Shown piece after piece: positions 19,917 to 30,900 of a stretch of DNA of 54,786 bases. The position numbers and the translations under genes were made by a program. The stretch is from a virus (taxonomy: Duplodnaviria; Caudoviricetes): IMG/VR virus record IMGVR_UViG_3300036826_000065, positions 1-54,786 of that record; one strand, 5' to 3'. Each line of letters starts with the position of its first letter. Position 1 is the stretch's first letter. Below the pieces are notes generated by a model that was given only the letters and a program-made list of their open reading frames with translations, was not told where the DNA came from and did not search any database.

Positions 19917-20230
19917 CAGCCTCTCTCCTGAAGCACGACGCTGGTATAGCCGATGATGAATTCGTTCACACGCACCACGTCGAACTCGACGCCATCGTTG
20001 AACACCGCATCGCCACGCTCCGGCACGCTGGGCAGGTCCGTATTCTGAATCCACAAATGCGAATAGCGCCCAGGCGATTGATCCTCGTCCTCGGCGCCGT
20101 CTTTCCAAATGGCTCTGATCGTGAATCCCGGCGAGTTTCCGCCGATGCGGTATTCGACCTCTTGCCCGAACACCGGCAAGAGCGCCGCCCATAGTTCCGG
20201 CGCGAAGAACGCATTGAACGCCGTCGCCAA
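19916..20230 (-). CDS. head-tail joining protein (gpFII-like)
   Basis: 104 aa after the MCP; P.RGD and FDVVRV pattern. Confidence 0.6.
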   Translation of the reverse strand: MATAFNAFFAPELWAALLPVFGQEVEYRIGGNSPGFTIRAIWKDGAEDEDQSPGRYSHLWIQNTDLPSVPERGDAVFNDGVEFDVVRVNEFIIGYTSVVLQERG

Positions 20231-20335
20231 ACTGTTCCTCCTTCCCTGCGCGATTCCCCGGAGGAAACTGGCTGGGCTCTCCGGGGAATGCGCTGGATTT
20301 GACCCACGACTCCGGCGATGGAGCCGCGAGCAAAA

Positions 20336-21358
20336 CTAAAGCACCTTCGCCTTGAAACTCGCGTTCGGGCGATAGGGCACGACCAGCGGCGCGGATTGCA
20401 GCATGACGAACCGCACCGAAGGATCTTCCTCGATCCAACTCTTGACGAAATACTGGACCGCTTGCAGACCGGCCTGTTCGTCGCGCACGGCGCCATAAGC
20501 TTGCACGCCTTCGATTGCGGACGAAGTCAGCACGCACGTCTGCGCGGGGAAAATGGGTTTCTCCACGCCGTCGGCGGGATCTACATACCAACCGGCGTAG
20601 ACAAAAATGTTGAAGCCGTCGATGGTTCCCTGGTACACGCCGCCTTCGGTGATCTGCGCATCCTGGGTCATGGTCGGCATGTTTTGATAGACCCGCTGCA
20701 ATGTCAGCCGGTCTTTCACGTTCGGATGGTTGCGGAAGACTTTCCAGACGTCCACGCCCATGATCACGTCGGTAACTTGCACGCCCGTGCTCTGCAAAAC
20801 GATCTGCGACCAATCCTGCAAGTCATCGAGCGGAAAGCCGGTAGTGACTGACCATAGAGTAGAGGCCACGATGGTGTTACCGGCGGCGCGTCCGAAGTCC
20901 AATACGACGGTCGGGTACTTATCGCCAGTGATAGTGGACTTACCTGTCACCAATACCTCTGACGCCATCACTTCCATGCGGCGCCGCACCATGTCCACTT
21001 GGTCTTGCAGGTCGCGGGCGATGAGTTGCCGTAGCCGGTCGCCGGGAGTCATCGTACCGCCGATCTGCTCGCCGGGTCCGCGCTTCAGCGGGCGATTCAT
21101 ATCGAACACCCTTTTGTCCTTCACATACGCGGGCCGGAACGTTGCGGTTTTAAAGTTCAGCGAAGCTACAATCTGACCTTCGACTAATGGACTTACAAAC
21201 GGACTGATGCGCCGCTTGCCGTCGAGTGTGTCGAAGTGAATGTCTTCGCTGGTTTCGGTTTGCACCGTGCCGAAGTATCTGTCGATCAGAAACTGTGGGT
21301 TGCCCAGCAAGGAGGCGACGACCCTTGTCAGCACGTCTGTCGAAAAAAGATCTGCCAT
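20336..21358 (-). CDS. major capsid protein, lambda gpE family
   Basis: SPFVSPLVEG, F.PAYVKDKR and QSAPLVVP motifs. Confidence 0.92.
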   Translation of the reverse strand: MADLFSTDVLTRVVASLLGNPQFLIDRYFGTVQTETSEDIHFDTLDGKRRISPFVSPLVEGQIVASLNFKTATFRPAYVKDKRVFDMNRPLKRGPGEQIGGTMTPGDRLRQLIARDLQDQVDMVRRRMEVMASEVLVTGKSTITGDKYPTVVLDFGRAAGNTIVASTLWSVTTGFPLDDLQDWSQIVLQSTGVQVTDVIMGVDVWKVFRNHPNVKDRLTLQRVYQNMPTMTQDAQITEGGVYQGTIDGFNIFVYAGWYVDPADGVEKPIFPAQTCVLTSSAIEGVQAYGAVRDEQAGLQAVQYFVKSWIEEDPSVRFVMLQSAPLVVPYRPNASFKAKVL

Positions 21359-21445
21359 TCTGTTGCTCCTGAAATGTCCAAACTTTGTAATCCCGCCGCT
21401 TCCTGCGACTCATCGCCTAGCCGCAGGAACGGCTAAAAGGTCCAC

Positions 21446-22090
21446 CTACGGCGTCGTCGGTGGAGGCGTCGTCGGCGCAGCCGGTTCAGGCGGCGGCACG
21501 TCCGCGAGTTCGGGATGCAATGCTCGCTCTTCGGCGGTCAGGTAACCCAACAGAGAATCGCTGGGCGGCACTGCCGGTGGAGGCGGCGGTTCGGTGGCGG
21601 CGGCTGCGGCGGTGTCCTCTGCGGCCTTGAGCGCGGCGCGGTTCGCATCGAGTTGGGCTTTGGCTTGCGCCGCCTCGGCGTCCATCGGAGCGCTCTTGAC
21701 CAGCGTGCCGTCGGTGTACACGACCGACTCGATGAGGATGGAGAAGTTGCGAAGTGCGTCTGCCACGGCGCCATGCCCCAATGCAGCGGGCCATACCACT
21801 GCGGCTGCGGAGAACTTACCGCTGAGATACACGGTCGCGGCGACAGTGGCGGTAGTGGCGTCAATGTCGTTGACCAGGATTGCATTGCAGTCGGCGGCGG
21901 CTGCGGGAAGTGTGATGGCGCCGGTCGCTGGATCGATCTTGACGATGGTCCCGCGAAGCAGGACGCCGATGCCGGAAGCCACCGTGCCGCTCCGCGATAC
22001 GACGTCGTCGCCGTCGGTCAACAACGGCAAGTAAGAGAATGGCGTCGTCGAGAACATGGCCTGAGCCATGGGATTTGCTACTGCTGGCAT
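21446..22090 (-). CDS. head decoration protein (gpD-like) with Pro/Ala-rich C-terminal extension
   Basis: L.RGT, AILVNDIDAT and VY.SGKF...V.WP motifs. Confidence 0.8.
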   Translation of the reverse strand: MPAVANPMAQAMFSTTPFSYLPLLTDGDDVVSRSGTVASGIGVLLRGTIVKIDPATGAITLPAAAADCNAILVNDIDATTATVAATVYLSGKFSAAAVVWPAALGHGAVADALRNFSILIESVVYTDGTLVKSAPMDAEAAQAKAQLDANRAALKAAEDTAAAAATEPPPPPAVPPSDSLLGYLTAEERALHPELADVPPPEPAAPTTPPPTTP

Positions 22091-22107
22091 GCTCGTTTAG
22101 CTCCTTT

Positions 22108-23403
22108 CTATGCGACCCGCCGGTCCTTCGGAACGAACCGCAGGATCGAGGCCGCTTCGGTTTCCGCACTGTCACCCAGCCCCGCGTCGGCGGATGTTCC
22201 GACCTTCGGATTGGGCACTTGACTCATGGCGTGTTCCAGCCGGTTCGTCGGCGCCGGAGCAACCGGAACCGCGAGCGGCGCGGAGGCGAGAACCTTGCGT
22301 GCGGCGTCGGGCTCAAGATCAGTCTCCAGGGCCAGCGTGCGGGCGAGTTGCTCGCGTCCGTTGGCTTCCTGACACGTGAGAATGGCTGCGATCCGCACTC
22401 GTTGATCGACCGGGGATGCAGCCGCCGGGACCGGCGCAGGAGCCGGTGGCGTCGTAGCGGGCGGTGTCGTCCCGCCAGTGGCGATTGGATCATTCATCGT
22501 TGTTTGCTCCGTTGTTGAGGCGGCTGACGCCGCTGGTCGTAAGAGGTTGTCTATGGTGACCGGGTTGCCCAACTCGTTCATCAGCGATTCAAAGTTGGAC
22601 ACAGAGTCGGCCATACCGGCGGCGACGGCTTGGCGTGCGATCATGACGCCGCCGCGACCGTAGTTCTGCGTGACGTTCTCCGCTGTCGTGCCGCGAAACG
22701 CAGCCACGCGGGAAACGAAGATTTCGGCAAGGGAGTCCGCGATAGCGAGAAGCTGGGCTCTTCCCTCATCGGTCCCGGCGTCAGCCCGCTTTAACGGGGA
22801 AACAGTGCTGACGATCTCGTACCGCTTGACTCCCCGCTTTTCCTGAGCCGCCCTATTATCCATGACGGTCACTACCACGCCGATGGAGCCCAGGAAGCTT
22901 GACTCGTTGGACACGATGCGCGAGGCCGCGCTGGCGATCCAGTAAGCGCCGCTGGCGGCGAGCCCGTCCACGTAAGCCGTCACCGGCTTGATGGCGGCGC
23001 CAGCCCGCACCATGTCGGCAAGCTCGCTCACGCCGTCTACCTGACCGCCGGGAGAGTTGACGTTCAGGACGATCTGCTGGACCGCAGAGTTCTCAATCGC
23101 CGCCTGGAAGTTCTGCGCGAGCGTCTCAATCGCCGTCGCGCCGGAGATCCTGGTGAAGATATCGGCGTATCTAAAAATCGGGCCGGTCACGTCGATAACT
23201 GCGATGCTTCCGCGCATCGTGACGTCGCCGCCGGTATTCTCTAGCGGCTGGCCCAGCTTCGCCGCGACGGCCTCCAGGTCGATCTCGCGACCGTCCATGT
23301 GGCGTTCGACGATATCCATGATGGTGGTCATCGAGCGGTCGGTGATAGCCCATGGCCTTTCCTGAATCGCTTGGAGCACGCGGAATAGCGGATGCCCTGG
23401 CAT
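22108..23403 (-). CDS. S49 prohead protease/scaffold (gpC-like)
   Basis: NSPGG, ASGAYWIAS and GSIGVV motifs; scaffold-like C-terminus RIAAILTC.EA.GREQLA. Confidence 0.92.
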   Translation of the reverse strand: MPGHPLFRVLQAIQERPWAITDRSMTTIMDIVERHMDGREIDLEAVAAKLGQPLENTGGDVTMRGSIAVIDVTGPIFRYADIFTRISGATAIETLAQNFQAAIENSAVQQIVLNVNSPGGQVDGVSELADMVRAGAAIKPVTAYVDGLAASGAYWIASAASRIVSNESSFLGSIGVVVTVMDNRAAQEKRGVKRYEIVSTVSPLKRADAGTDEGRAQLLAIADSLAEIFVSRVAAFRGTTAENVTQNYGRGGVMIARQAVAAGMADSVSNFESLMNELGNPVTIDNLLRPAASAASTTEQTTMNDPIATGGTTPPATTPPAPAPVPAAASPVDQRVRIAAILTCQEANGREQLARTLALETDLEPDAARKVLASAPLAVPVAPAPTNRLEHAMSQVPNPKVGTSADAGLGDSAETEAASILRFVPKDRRVA

Positions 23404-23405
23404 AG

Positions 23406-24980
23406 TTACTCCTTCTGCCTGACCGGCGTAACTGTGGGCTCTGCTGGCGAGCCGACCGGCGCGGGCGGCGGCGGTTCGACATACAGTCCCAACTGCTTCA
23501 GCCGCTCGCGTTCAATCGCGGCTTGTTCCAGCACTTCCATCCAGTCATCGCCCTGTTCGGCGCACTCTTTCTCCAGCGTGGAAGTCATGGACGCCATGCG
23601 AAGCTGACTCGCCTCCGCTTCCTTCATCGGATCGACATAGCCCCTGCCTGGGCCGATCCATTTGGCGCGTTCGTAGAGCGGGCGCAGGTCGTAGTAACCC
23701 GGCGCGTCGATGAGTCCCGCGTTCACGGCTTCCTCCAGCCAGAGGCAGTACACCGGCTGCAACCAATAGCTCGCCAGGAACATCCTGCGCGACATGAAAT
23801 AGCGCCATGCCTCGTTCAGTGCGGCGCGAGCGCTGGAGTAGTTCGTCTTACTGAAATCCTTGATCGCGAGTTCATACGGCATGCCCAGGGCGACACCGAT
23901 CTGCCGCTGCACCGCTTCGACGAAGTTGTTGTACTGCGGCGCCGGTCGCGTGGGCGTGAAGGGAGTGAGTTTGTCTCCTGGGTAGAGCGGAATGATGGCG
24001 CCGCCTTCCAGTTGCACGCGCCACTGGTTCTTATTCTGCAAATAGGCGTTCGGATCGCCGCCCATCAGCTCGTGGATGGCTTGTGGATCGAGCGGCGTCT
24101 CGATGACGCCCGCGACCAGGGAGTTCACGATAGCCGACTGCAACTCGGTTCTCTGGTAGCTGTCCAGCATGCGGAACTGCTCGATGACGGAGGAGAGGAC
24201 CGGCTTGCCGCGAGTCTGATCGACGCGATCCGTCGCGAGCACGTGGATCACGCGCTTCCGTCCCCACTCGGTTTCCGCCGGTATCGCTTGCCAGGGACCG
24301 ACCACGTTGACCCAGCCGGTAATCACCATCCAGTCCTGCATGACGCGCACGTAGTAGGTGAGCGGCTTGCCGTAGTCGTCCATCTCGATGCCGCCCCGAA
24401 GCTTCAAGGTCGGCGGCGTGAAGTTGGGGTTGCTGAGACGATCTACTTCGATCAACTGCAAACACGTGCGGAACGGCGTGTCGCCACGCTCCAGCCAGAG
24501 AGGCAACGCCAGCGCTTCGCCGGACTCGATGCACGACCGATAGACCAGCGACGTCAGGTAGTGGAAGTTGAACCGGCCAGCGGCGTCACACGCCGTCGTA
24601 TCGGCCCAGGTGCGCCAGAGTGACTCGACTTGCTGCGACCAGTCTTCCGCCCAGGCGATGTCGCGTCCCAGGGCGCGGTAATCGGGATAGCACGCGAGCC
24701 GCAGCCCGATGCCGACCACGTTGTCCACCAGTGTCTGGAACGCGCCGCTGGTGACGCCGTTGTTCCTCGCCAGATCGCGGGACCGCGCCACCAGCATGTC
24801 CTGGTCCGGCAAAAGCTCCGCGTCCGCCATGGCGCGGAACGGCAACCAGTTCGCGAGTTGCTTGCGCCAGCGGGAAGCTCCGGCATAGGGCCTCTCGGTG
24901 GACAGGTCGGCAGTCGCGCCATTAGCCCCGCCACGAGGCTTCCAGAGGCTCTGGAGCCACTTTACCGGCGAGGCCGTCAC
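23406..24980 (-). CDS. portal protein, lambda family
   Basis: RSRDLARNN, NVVGIGL, NYSSARAAL and GPGRGYVDP.KE motifs; start placed at the GTG overlapping the upstream stop. Confidence 0.92.
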   Translation of the reverse strand: MTASPVKWLQSLWKPRGGANGATADLSTERPYAGASRWRKQLANWLPFRAMADAELLPDQDMLVARSRDLARNNGVTSGAFQTLVDNVVGIGLRLACYPDYRALGRDIAWAEDWSQQVESLWRTWADTTACDAAGRFNFHYLTSLVYRSCIESGEALALPLWLERGDTPFRTCLQLIEVDRLSNPNFTPPTLKLRGGIEMDDYGKPLTYYVRVMQDWMVITGWVNVVGPWQAIPAETEWGRKRVIHVLATDRVDQTRGKPVLSSVIEQFRMLDSYQRTELQSAIVNSLVAGVIETPLDPQAIHELMGGDPNAYLQNKNQWRVQLEGGAIIPLYPGDKLTPFTPTRPAPQYNNFVEAVQRQIGVALGMPYELAIKDFSKTNYSSARAALNEAWRYFMSRRMFLASYWLQPVYCLWLEEAVNAGLIDAPGYYDLRPLYERAKWIGPGRGYVDPMKEAEASQLRMASMTSTLEKECAEQGDDWMEVLEQAAIERERLKQLGLYVEPPPPAPVGSPAEPTVTPVRQKE

Positions 24981-25252
24981 GGCATTGCCTCCATGCTGAC
25001 CGGCCTCCGGCGCGAGCGGTAGAACGCCGTGAGGTCGCCCCGCGCCAGGGCGCACTCTGCCGTGAGCTTGTCGATGTAGCGTTGCAGGTCACCGATGGCG
25101 GTCTGCGACCCCTCGTACTCGACGCGTCCCAACTGCGGCGTCTCGATGGCGGAAATATTCTGCCCGCGCATGAGCACGCCCATCTGCGCCTGGGCGTCCG
25201 CGAGTTGCTGGCACGGCAACGGAATCGGATTCGGTCTGCGGTTGCAGGGCAT
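24977..25252 (-). CDS. gpW-like head completion protein
   Basis: L.RG...RVEY...IGDLQRYI..L...RRRP, directly before the portal. Confidence 0.7.
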   Translation of the reverse strand: MPCNRRPNPIPLPCQQLADAQAQMGVLMRGQNISAIETPQLGRVEYEGSQTAIGDLQRYIDKLTAECALARGDLTAFYRSRRRPVSMEAMP

Positions 25253-25539
25253 CAGATCAGCTTGTTGATGACCGCTTCAGTCGCGCCCTGAAGCGCGGCG
25301 TCGGTAACATCCGCCCCAGCCGCCTGGACTGCCGGGTCCATGACGACCGGCGTCTGGAGTTGCGCGGCAATCGCATCGGGCTGCTGGTACATCGACTGCG
25401 CCCAGCGCAATCTCGCGTTGTGCGCCACCACGGTCGGCTCCTCGTTCATCACCGTGGTTGCAAACTGCATCGACGCGACCTTCACGCGCCCGCGAAACGT
25501 CATATCGACCATAAGTTGCGATGATTCGGTGTAAGTCAT
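25252..25539 (-). CDS. hypothetical virion-associated protein
   Basis: Coupled ORF with SD. Confidence 0.6.
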   Translation of the reverse strand: MTYTESSQLMVDMTFRGRVKVASMQFATTVMNEEPTVVAHNARLRWAQSMYQQPDAIAAQLQTPVVMDPAVQAAGADVTDAALQGATEAVINKLI

Positions 25540-25551
25540 CTAAGTTCCTCG

Positions 25552-27606
25552 TTAAGCTGCATACTTCACCCTGTTTCCGTCGGCGGGATCGTACCAAAGC
25601 GTCTTGGCTCCAGCCGCTGGCGCGGTAGATGGCAGACCGGGCAGACGCAGATTCGCACTCCCGTTAATATCGCCGCCAACGTCGAGTTGATAGGCGGGGC
25701 TGGCCGCGCCAAGGCCGATGCCCACGAGGCCAGCTTGGGTTACGTAGACGCGCACGTTGCTGGAATTGGTGACTACGCAGAAACCAGTGCCGCATTCAAT
25801 ATTGAAGTTGCCTCGCTTTGGGACAGCCGCTCCATGACTAGGCCCGTAATAGGTGAGGTAACTGTTCACGCCCGCCTGATTGAAGCCAAAGGCGATAGAT
25901 CCGGCGCCGTCACTACCAGTGGCGAAGAACGGAACGTTATTTCCAGCGGGGAGTGTCGCGGTAATGTGCCGAACGGCGGTAAGTATGTTCACGTTACTCA
26001 GGTTCTTAGCGCCGCCGTCAATGTTTGTTGACCACGGTGTCTGCGCCGCGTTGATCGTCAGATTCATCACGCCCGCAGAGAAGCTTGTTCCCAGCGTGAT
26101 GTTCGTCCCGGCGATCATGTTCAGGATCGTCGAAGCACCGTAGGGTGTGGAGTTCACGCGCACGTCCAGCCCAGGCGCGAACGGTGCGCCGTTGACCCGA
26201 TAGACTCCGGTGGTATTCACGTCGCCGGTAACATCGAGTGGATAAGCCGGGGCTCCATTGAGGACGCCGACCCGCCCGGTGTTTCCGTCCAGTCCCAGGA
26301 CGGTGAGCCAATCGGTATTGCGCTGGAACTTCAGGACGCCGCCGCTCGTGCCTACGCCCCATTGGAACGAGATACCGGGGTCGGTGATGTACATCCAGGT
26401 CGTATTGATGCTTCCGTTGAACCAAGTTGCATCGATGCTTTCTACGTTGTACAAACCGAAGCCGCCGCCGTCGATGGCACTAAGCCAGGGCGTCTGACTT
26501 CCGCCTCCGCCACCGCCGCCAATCGGCACTCCGTTGACCCGGTACTCTGCTCCGGTTGGGATATTCACGTTGCCGCTAGGATCGACCTGAAGCAGGTTGA
26601 CCCAGGTATCGGTGCGCCGCACGGTCCAGTTGCCGCCCATGTTATCCAGCGACATGTTCCAGGCGTAAGTGCTCCATACATCTGGCATCTGAATGCCGCG
26701 TACATTGATGTGAGCGTTAGTAGTTATGATGCCTACGTTATAGAGTTGAAAGCCTCCGGCGTCTATGTCACTCGTCCAGGGAGTCTGCGAGCCACTGCCG
26801 ATAGGTACACCGCCAATCGTGAAGTTGTAGCCATAGGCGACGTTGATATTGCCGCCAAATGATAACTGCGGAGGTGAGTTGGCGCTAATAGAGAAGAGAT
26901 TATTGCCGCCATACTGGATGTTCAGAGCGCCGCTACTGCCCCAGACTATCCATTGCCCAGACGGCCCCGCGACCGTCTGGTCCTGCATCTGAAGATTCGC
27001 ATTAATAGAGAGGTTGTTGACGTTGCTGAGGTCATGTCCCGCCGCATCAATGTCGCTCGTCCAGGGCGTTTGGTTTCCGCCAGTGGCGAGCGGAACACCG
27101 TTGACCTTATACTGCCCGGTGATATCTATGTCGGTGACGCCGCTGAGTGAGTGACCGCCGCCGTCAATGTTACTCAGCCAGGGAGTTTGCGCCGCGCCGC
27201 CGATAGGGACGCCGTTGATCTTGAAGGTGTAGCCCAGGTTGTATATGTCAACGATATTTATGCTGCCCGCGACTCCTAAGTCCCCGGTCACACTCATCCC
27301 AAAAGGATCTACGCCGGTAAAGCCGAATAGGGTGCTGCCGTAATACGACAAGTTCAGATTACCGGCATCGCCAAAGAACGTCCATGACTTAGGCGGCGTC
27401 AGATCTATGATATTCAGATAGGGCGCACTGATCTGGCTGGAAGCCGTTATGTTGCGGACGTTATTCAGATCGTGGTTAGCCGCATCGATGCTCTGCGTCC
27501 AGGGAGTCTGGGACGCCGCCGGACCCGGAGGCCCAGGAGGTCCCTGACAGTAAGACACCTTGAATTGCTGCTTCGGAGTTAGCGTGGCTTTGAACTGTTG
27601 CGTCAT
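25552..27606 (-). CDS. fibre-like protein with six QTPWxSxIDxxG repeats
   Basis: GPPGPPGP, QTPW repeats, and GRVGV..PAYPLDVTG fibre repeats. Confidence 0.75.
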   Translation of the reverse strand: MTQQFKATLTPKQQFKVSYCQGPPGPPGPAASQTPWTQSIDAANHDLNNVRNITASSQISAPYLNIIDLTPPKSWTFFGDAGNLNLSYYGSTLFGFTGVDPFGMSVTGDLGVAGSINIVDIYNLGYTFKINGVPIGGAAQTPWLSNIDGGGHSLSGVTDIDITGQYKVNGVPLATGGNQTPWTSDIDAAGHDLSNVNNLSINANLQMQDQTVAGPSGQWIVWGSSGALNIQYGGNNLFSISANSPPQLSFGGNINVAYGYNFTIGGVPIGSGSQTPWTSDIDAGGFQLYNVGIITTNAHINVRGIQMPDVWSTYAWNMSLDNMGGNWTVRRTDTWVNLLQVDPSGNVNIPTGAEYRVNGVPIGGGGGGGSQTPWLSAIDGGGFGLYNVESIDATWFNGSINTTWMYITDPGISFQWGVGTSGGVLKFQRNTDWLTVLGLDGNTGRVGVLNGAPAYPLDVTGDVNTTGVYRVNGAPFAPGLDVRVNSTPYGASTILNMIAGTNITLGTSFSAGVMNLTINAAQTPWSTNIDGGAKNLSNVNILTAVRHITATLPAGNNVPFFATGSDGAGSIAFGFNQAGVNSYLTYYGPSHGAAVPKRGNFNIECGTGFCVVTNSSNVRVYVTQAGLVGIGLGAASPAYQLDVGGDINGSANLRLPGLPSTAPAAGAKTLWYDPADGNRVKYAA

Positions 27607-27944
27607 GCTACCGCCCTGGTAACCTCCGAAGTGACTCGCACGTTACCGGCGAGGATGGTCGTAACTTGACCCGCTGGCGAAGTGATCTGTAAGTCCCATA
27701 CATAATCGCCGCATAGGTTGACTGTTTGACTCGCTGGAATAGTAAGTGAGATCGCCGGCGATGCAACCGCAGTTACTATCTCAATGTCTACGTCAGGATC
27801 GTTGTCCGCGACGTCCTGGCGGATCTGCGCCTTGGCCGTATATCCCGCGATCACTTGGTCCGGCGGCACGCCGTTGGAAGTCACCGTCACGGTCGCGCCC
27901 CAATCGTCGCCCTGGTAGATGATGAGATCTCCTCGATCAGGCAT
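27603..27944 (-). CDS. fibre anchor/adapter-like protein (BppU-like fold possible)
   Basis: IYQGDD...AQIR...YVWDLQIT...G.V.V..EVT pattern. Confidence 0.6.
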   Translation of the reverse strand: MPDRGDLIIYQGDDWGATVTVTSNGVPPDQVIAGYTAKAQIRQDVADNDPDVDIEIVTAVASPAISLTIPASQTVNLCGDYVWDLQITSPAGQVTTILAGNVRVTSEVTRAVA

Positions 27945-27947
27945 CCA

Positions 27948-30900
27948 TCACTCCGTGAAATCCGTTCTTGCGCTGAAGCTCTGGAACTGCGGCATCGGCG
28001 TCGTGCGGAGCTTCGGCGCGGCCACCGGCTTCCTGGCGCTCGCGGGTTCGTTCTTGCGTTCGGTCGAGGTCAGCCGGTCTTGGAGATCCTGCCAGCGGGC
28101 CTCGTTCCAGCTTTCAAACCGCATGCTCGCCGCCGCCGCACGTGCGTAGATCCGGCAATTCCCGGCGACGAAGACTTGCCCATTGCGTCGGCAGATCAGC
28201 GTCCCGTTGGGGACCGTCGCGCAATATACGGTTCCTTGATGCTGGACCGTGCGACCGATAAATCCACGCTGTCCATTGGCGCCGCCATCTAGATACGCCC
28301 GCTTTACATGGGAATTCTCATGTACATGGAATTGATCGCGGGTATTGTCTCCGGTGCGTCCCCTGATTTCGTAAGGCCGCGATTCCCTGCGATGAGATCT
28401 GGGCGCACTCCCCAGCTTGAGAAAAAGTTCCTGGTAGTCGTCGGCTAACTTCTCGCAGACGGTCGCGATCACTCTACAGTCGCCGGATTGAAGCCAGCCA
28501 TCGCCCAGGACTGCCGTCTGAAGAAACGCCTCGATGACGTCCCGTGACGACTGCTTGATCCACGACGGGATGCGGCGGCTTTCCTGCAATCGCCCCCAGG
28601 GCGCCACCTCATCGAATAACTGCTTGGAGGTCGCGGTGAACTTATGGACTCCGTCGTTCCAACTAAATCGCCAGGGAAGCCTGTCCAGTAATCGGGCGAT
28701 GGCTTCAACGTTCTCCTTCTTGGTTTGGCAAATGCTGACCAGCCGCCGCACCGACCCCTCGTGCTCATTGATCGCCGCCGAACCCTCTGTAATCCACCAG
28801 CCATAGAACCGCGCCAGATCCATCGCATCAACATGTCGCTCCGGCTCGATCTCCATGCCGGAGTCACTCTTATGGCTCGCAGGAATCGTAATCTGTGGTG
28901 CGCCACGCTCCAGCCATTGGCCGGTTAACTTGATCTGATGCCGCTGGGTTAATTCGCGGGCGAGCGTGACCTGGGGACCGACTACACCATTGCGCGAGGG
29001 AAGATAAGTGACCATGCGGTGAGCAGGCGTCGTGAGGATATCGATGCGCCTCCCCTGGAGATGCACCATGTCGCCGCTGTACTGGCGAATGATCAGGTCG
29101 GATGGCCGCTGGAATTCGATGGCGTCCGTCTCCAATTCCACGGTCGCGACCTTCTGGCCGGAAAGATCGATGAATCGCTTCCATCCCTCGTCGGTCAGCA
29201 CCTCTGTCGAGGCGTCGAAGCAATCGAGAGCCTCGTTCCGCTCGCGGTGCTTTTCCCACTGGGTCTTCTTCATGCCGCGCACCGTCGATGTAACCAACCG
29301 CTCCGCTGTTAGCTGTTCAAAGTACTCGCGTGAGTAATTGGGGAAGTGGCAGAAGCCGACCGGCCAGGATTCGCCCGCGCTCAGGTCCGGCGTGCGGCTC
29401 CGCAGCCAGCGGTAGAGTTCCTCCTTCGCGATGTCCACGTTGACCGGCCAGAGCCGGATGCCGTACTTGAGCTTGCTGCCATGGGGGCCGACCTCCACCA
29501 TCGAGGCCGACCCCACCAAGGACGCGGGCCTGTTACTCCCCTTAACCCCCATCACGCGCATCGGGCTCATGCGCCGCACGTAGTCGTAAACCGCCATCGT
29601 GTTGAAGCCGGTGTCGATGGCGAGCTTGGCGATCCGGGTCGGCTGACCGTACTCGGTCGGAATGTCCTCGTCCAAGAGCTTGGTGATGTTCTCCCAGACC
29701 TGCGGCTGCGACGTGTCGCCGTCGAACACGCGATAGTCCACAGACCAGCTATGCCGGTCGCGACCCCAGGCGACGATCTCGCATTCCAGCCGCCGCGCCT
29801 GGACGTCCACGCCAGCGGTGACCAGGATGCCGCCCTCCGGCACCACGCCCAGCATGTAATCCTCGCGCCGCTCATAGAGCCGGTCAGCGTCCGGCGCCTC
29901 CGCGACGTCCAGCCAGGGCAAGCCCAGGATGGTATTAACGAAGATCTGCTGCTTCTGCGGGTCTTCCCCGGCCTCTTCGCGTTTGCGGGCGACGTCCTCC
30001 CAGGAGAGCCAGCCGACCGGCGAGTAGAGCGACGACAGGTGGTAGCCGTGCGTGCGCGGGTTCTCCGCGCCGTCCGGCCTCCACTCGCCACGCGGAAGCA
30101 TGTACGCCTTGTGGTGGTTCGCCAGTCCCTCGCCGCAGCCCGCGCAGTGATAGCGGGCCGTCTCCGGCTTGCCGTGCTGCCAGCGGAGTTGGGCGAACAC
30201 CAGGACCTGCTTCTCGCCGCAGTGCGGACAGGGCACCCAGTATTGCCGCTTGTCGCTGTCCTCGTAGAAGCGCTCGATGCGCGAGTGTCCGCTGACGGTC
30301 GGCGTCGAAACGATGAAGATCTTCCGGCGTGCGAAGTTCGTCGTGCGGGCGATGGCGAGTCCGCATGGTTCGCCCTCGCCTTCGACGTCGCCTTTATAGC
30401 CATCGACCTCATCGAGGAAGAGATACCGCGCCGACATACTGCGGAGTCCCTTGGCTGAGTTAGCCCCGGTCATTACCAGTAACCCGCCAGGGAATTCCTT
30501 ACTAAGTAGCGTGTTGCTGCTATCTCTAGATCTGGAGTCTTTCACCCGCGTGCGCAGCACGACGGAGTCTTCTATGAGCGGGCCGATGCGTTGCTTACTG
30601 TTGCGCCGCGCCATCTCGATGGTCGGTTGCACCACGAGCATGGGACCGGGCGCCATGTGGATGACGAAGCCGACCCAGTTATTCCCAGCTTCCGTCCCCC
30701 CGATTTGGGCCCCCTTCTGGAACACGACCGTCTCGACGCGGGAAGCCGGGGAGAGATCGTCCATGATGGCGCGGAGAAACGGCGCACGGGAAGTGCGCCA
30801 CGGTCCCGGCTCCGGCGACGAACGCGCCGATAGCTGACGGAACTGATCCGCCCATTGACTGATCGTGAACGCGGGGTCAGGTCTGGCTCCGTCGCGGGCT

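Noticed and set aside
19917-20813. N-terminal extension of ORF 19422..20813
   Set aside because: It overlaps the capsid and head-tail genes in another frame; the likely start is 19916
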